DNA of 64,000 bases, from NCBI GenBank assembly GCA_965649825.1, contig OZ287699.1, positions 1,146,477 through 1,210,476 on the forward strand, given 5' to 3'. This DNA is from Penicillus capitatus. Taxonomy: Eukaryota; Plantae; Chlorophyta. Under the pieces are notes generated by a model that ran no database searches, was not told the DNA's origin, and saw only the letters and a program-made list of their open reading frames with translations. Shown here in pieces: positions 60,852 to 64,000 of this stretch. Each line of letters starts with the position of its first letter. Position 1 is the stretch's first letter. The translations under genes and the position numbers were made by a program.

Positions 60852-61900
60852 ATGTACGCATGGACGATCCCGTCTAGAGGGCCTCGTCTGAGGCCCCGTA
60901 GCTTCGCGATTCCGTCGAGACAACGCCTTCCAATGCGACGATGCCGTGGTGTGACTTCGCGTGTGAGGTGTCGGGCGGCAACCGATGTCATCAGAGGCAA
61001 ATGTTACGTGACGAAGGACGTACGTCTCTTTGCGTGCGGATCGAGCGCAATAGAAGTTCGAGGGATTGTAGAATATCGATACGGACCAGATTATCCCTGC
61101 TGAATATCTCACACTTGTTCCTTCTAAAGTGCATCATTTCTCACACTTTTCCATTAAGTGAGACATCGTCTTTAGCCAGAAGAGTATGAGAAACTGGGAA
61201 GCTATGCCATGATTGGACTGCCAGAAGACCTCTATCCAACAAGGTCAGTAGCTGTCCCATCGCACGGCGCTCCTGGACGATGTGTCAGTGAAGGTTCATT
61301 CAAAAGGGATCCATGAAGACGGACTATGCTGTCATCGTGGGTGGCCAAAACTTTGGCTGTGGTTCTTCAAGGGAACATGCACCTGTCGCTATCGGCGCCG
61401 CCGGTGCTGTCTTTTCACTGACAGATCTCACTCCACATGATGTGACCTCTGCTATTCGTCGCAGGCTCCAAAGCCGTTGTGGCAGAGTCTTATGCTCGTA
61501 TCTTTTTCAGAAACTGCATTGCCACGTAAAAATTCCCTATCCCCTCCTAAGTCGAAAACTACGTTGGATGGTAGGGGTGAACTGTATCCTGTCGAATGCG
61601 AGCAGCGTATCTGCGATGTCCTCACCACAGGTACCCACCTCATTCACATTCTTATGCATCGATTTTTAAGCCCTTGCGTGGAAGGAATGGAAGTGGAGCT
61701 CGATTTGGAAAACAGTGTGCTCTCTGTTCCCTCCACTGGACAGAGCTTTAGCCTGAAACCCCTTGGCGAGGTGATAGCCATCCCATCTCTGGCTTTTTCA
61801 TCACCCCGATTGACGGACTCCCTTTTAGGCCAAGCCCGTCATCGATGCCGGAGGTATCTTTGCATTCGCTCGGCAAGAAGGCCTCATTAAGACAAAATAG
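60852..61900 (+). CDS. LEUD: 3-isopropylmalate dehydratase small subunit, chloroplast
   Basis: NIDTDQIIPAEYL, NFGCGSSREHAP, AESYARIFFRN, IDAGGIFAFAR. Confidence 0.95.
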
Positions 61901-62087
61901 ACGGCACGTATGGCATTTAACGCCTCCATGGTATCACATGTGCATTTGTACAAACACCGTTTCGTTGCACTCTATCGATCGCCCGACGATAATTCTCCTC
62001 AAAAACACGGATCGGTATCTCTCCCGTCTGACCGATTTCGCAATACCCAAGTGCGTATCTCTCCGACCCTCGTTCACAAGATGATGT

Positions 62088-64000
62088 ATGCCTTCAGTGT
62101 TGAGCACGGGAATAGAGCAAGGCAAAGACAATGGCGCCTCCGTCGGTTTCAAATCGATTGGCGAGTCGGAGGACGATGGCGACGAATGTCCCGTGAAAGG
62201 AATGACACAAGACCCTCTCTTCGGCCCAATAACCTCTAAGAAAACTAAAAAGCGTTCGGAGTCGACGACGAGTCGCAATCGGAACCATGCGACGCTTCCC
62301 GAATTGGACTTGACGGAGAGTCAGACCCTGCGAGTAAAATACAGGATGCAGAATGGCATGACCAGTGTCGGAACGTTTGCGGCGACGTTTGCGCCTCTAA
62401 CTGTTCCTGTCTCAGGAAACACCCCGCCGTTTCAGATTGTCCTGCACCCTATAGACCCGAACCTGCCGACAGTGATACCACAACCGGCGTTGATGGGCCC
62501 ATCCATAATGTCCCACGTTCGCCCCCTGATGCCGTCAAGAGAGATGCCTATTTGTGTATCGTTGCCTGCTGCGGTGGTCCATCCACCTGTCGTGCATCAT
62601 CCCACGCCGTCGCCTCTCATCACAGGGCCTGCTCCAAATCCGACCGTCTCTGCTGTACCTGCCAGAACGGCAGTGATGCAGGGAGCATCTCAGAAACCGG
62701 ACTCCAATAATAAGGTATGGACGGGTATGTGTCTGAAGTGACAGGGTGGAAGCTGGATGGTATCTAGGAGTCCGAGATGCAGCAAGTGAAGGATTTGGTT
62801 GATGAGAAGGGATGGCGTGTGACGATTCGTCAGTACCAGTTGGATCTCTACCGAGCCGCCTGCCGCAGGAATGTCATTGCATACTTAGATACAGGATCTG
62901 GCAAGACTTTCATTTCTGTTTTACTGATCCGGGAAGTGGCGGCGAAGATGGCCTATAAGGCTTCGACCGAAGGGACACCCCGGAAAAGCATTTTCTTTTT
63001 GGTCCCCAAAAAAGTGCTGGTCCACCAGCAGGCGGGTGTTCTGAAGCAGTTTACGGATCTCCGTGTCTCTGAACACTCGGGGGATCGATTCAATGAGGAC
63101 GTCTGGGATACCTCCACCTGGAGGTGCTACATTTTACGAGCAGATGTCTTGGTCATGACGCCACAGATTCTGCTCAATCTCCTTCGGAGACAGTAAGCGA
63201 TTTCTTCATCACCTTGATGTGACATCTGAACGTGGTTAGAGTGATGGGTATTTCCGAGATTGCGCTCATCGTCTTCGATGAATGCCATCATGCACGAAAA
63301 AACAGTCCATACAACTGTATCATGCAGGTATGTACCGAACAGCATTACTGGTGTTTGGTGTGAGCCGTCTGATCTAGGAATACTATCACAGAGCCAAAGA
63401 TGCGCAGCGGCCTGTACCTAAGATCTTTGGCATGACAGCATCTCTCGTCACGAAGAAACGCAATTCTGACGAGGTCTACAACAGCTTTCTGGAGCTGGAG
63501 AGCAATCTTGACAGTTTGATCATGACAACGAGTCGCGAAGACGTTCAGAAGCATGCGACCTCTGCCATCGAGCGCGATGTGCCGTACAGCATGAACACCA
63601 CGCAAGAGCAGCTTCCTCAGACGTTTCATCTATTGGAGAAGGCAGTGGTGCGGCTGACCATTGCGAATCGACTGAGTATACAACATCATCGAGGACGTGC
63701 TGGTGGATCCTCCTCATGGCAACTCGATTCCAAGAAAGTCAAGGGCCCATTGGAGCAGCTTATTCGACAGATAGGCAATGTCCATCATGTCATCACCGTT
63801 ATGGGTCCATTACCTGGCATCTACGCCTTGTCTGAAGTTGCGGACACCTGGCGCGAGAAAGAGAACAAGAAACTGACCACGTGGAATTTTCCATCGGACA
63901 AGAAAGTGACCGATTTCAGTCTCCATGATGATCGTTTCGAGAAACATCGCGATCTCATCGACGAGAGCTTTGGGAATATGTCAGAGATGCTCTATCATTC
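62088..64000 (+). CDS. DCL: Dicer-like DExD/H helicase, 5' part (runs off the window)
   Basis: RQYQLDL..NVIAYLDTGSGKTFIS, FLVP...LVHQQ, VMTPQILLN, FDECHHA...PYNCIM, IFGMTAS. Confidence 0.8.

Noticed and set aside
1-64000. Non-standard genetic code (UAR=Gln, as in some ulvophytes)
   Set aside because: Conserved C-termini end exactly at TAA or TAG (DECR2 SKM-TAA, LeuD, CCT3, Psb28), and long exons contain no in-frame TAA/TAG
62088-64000. Functional link between the Dicer-like gene and the inverted repeat or TE block
   Set aside because: They are 45 kb apart with unrelated housekeeping genes between; co-location in a eukaryote gives no support

Overview
Gene-dense eukaryotic DNA with very short GT-AG introns (about 40-65 nt). 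It is most consistent with a flagellate-capable chlorophyte green alga: plastid-targeted Psb28 and LeuD, CYB5D1 and OSCP1, a WOX-type homeobox and an RR-TZF CCCH gene. The standard genetic code fits. From about 18 kb to 64 kb is a run of mostly housekeeping genes. Positions 2856-17718 are an accessory, rearranged block: two ~3 kb inverted gene-containing arms (PAN/apple secreted protein, ubiquitin-like gene, 5' part of a RING gene) flank an 8.8 kb core. The core holds a coiled-coil gene, decayed non-LTR ORF1-like remnants and a very young 1857-bp LTR element. That element has 247-bp LTRs, a 5-bp target-site duplication, a PBS and a PPT, and encodes only a coiled-coil/CCHC protein that appears to need a 56-nt intron. 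The strongest candidate for an undescribed system is a spliced gene fusing a WOX-like homeodomain to a C-terminal SIS/3-hexulose-6-phosphate-isomerase domain (48575-50385, minus strand), an RpiR-like sugar-phosphate-sensing transcription factor architecture. Several degenerate enzymes are also noted: an allantoinase lacking 3 of 6 metal ligands, a WWPPC thioredoxin, and an FG-less non-cleaving Nup98 domain. Exon boundaries were read by eye and are approximate unless stated; protein family motifs are compared from memory, not from searches.
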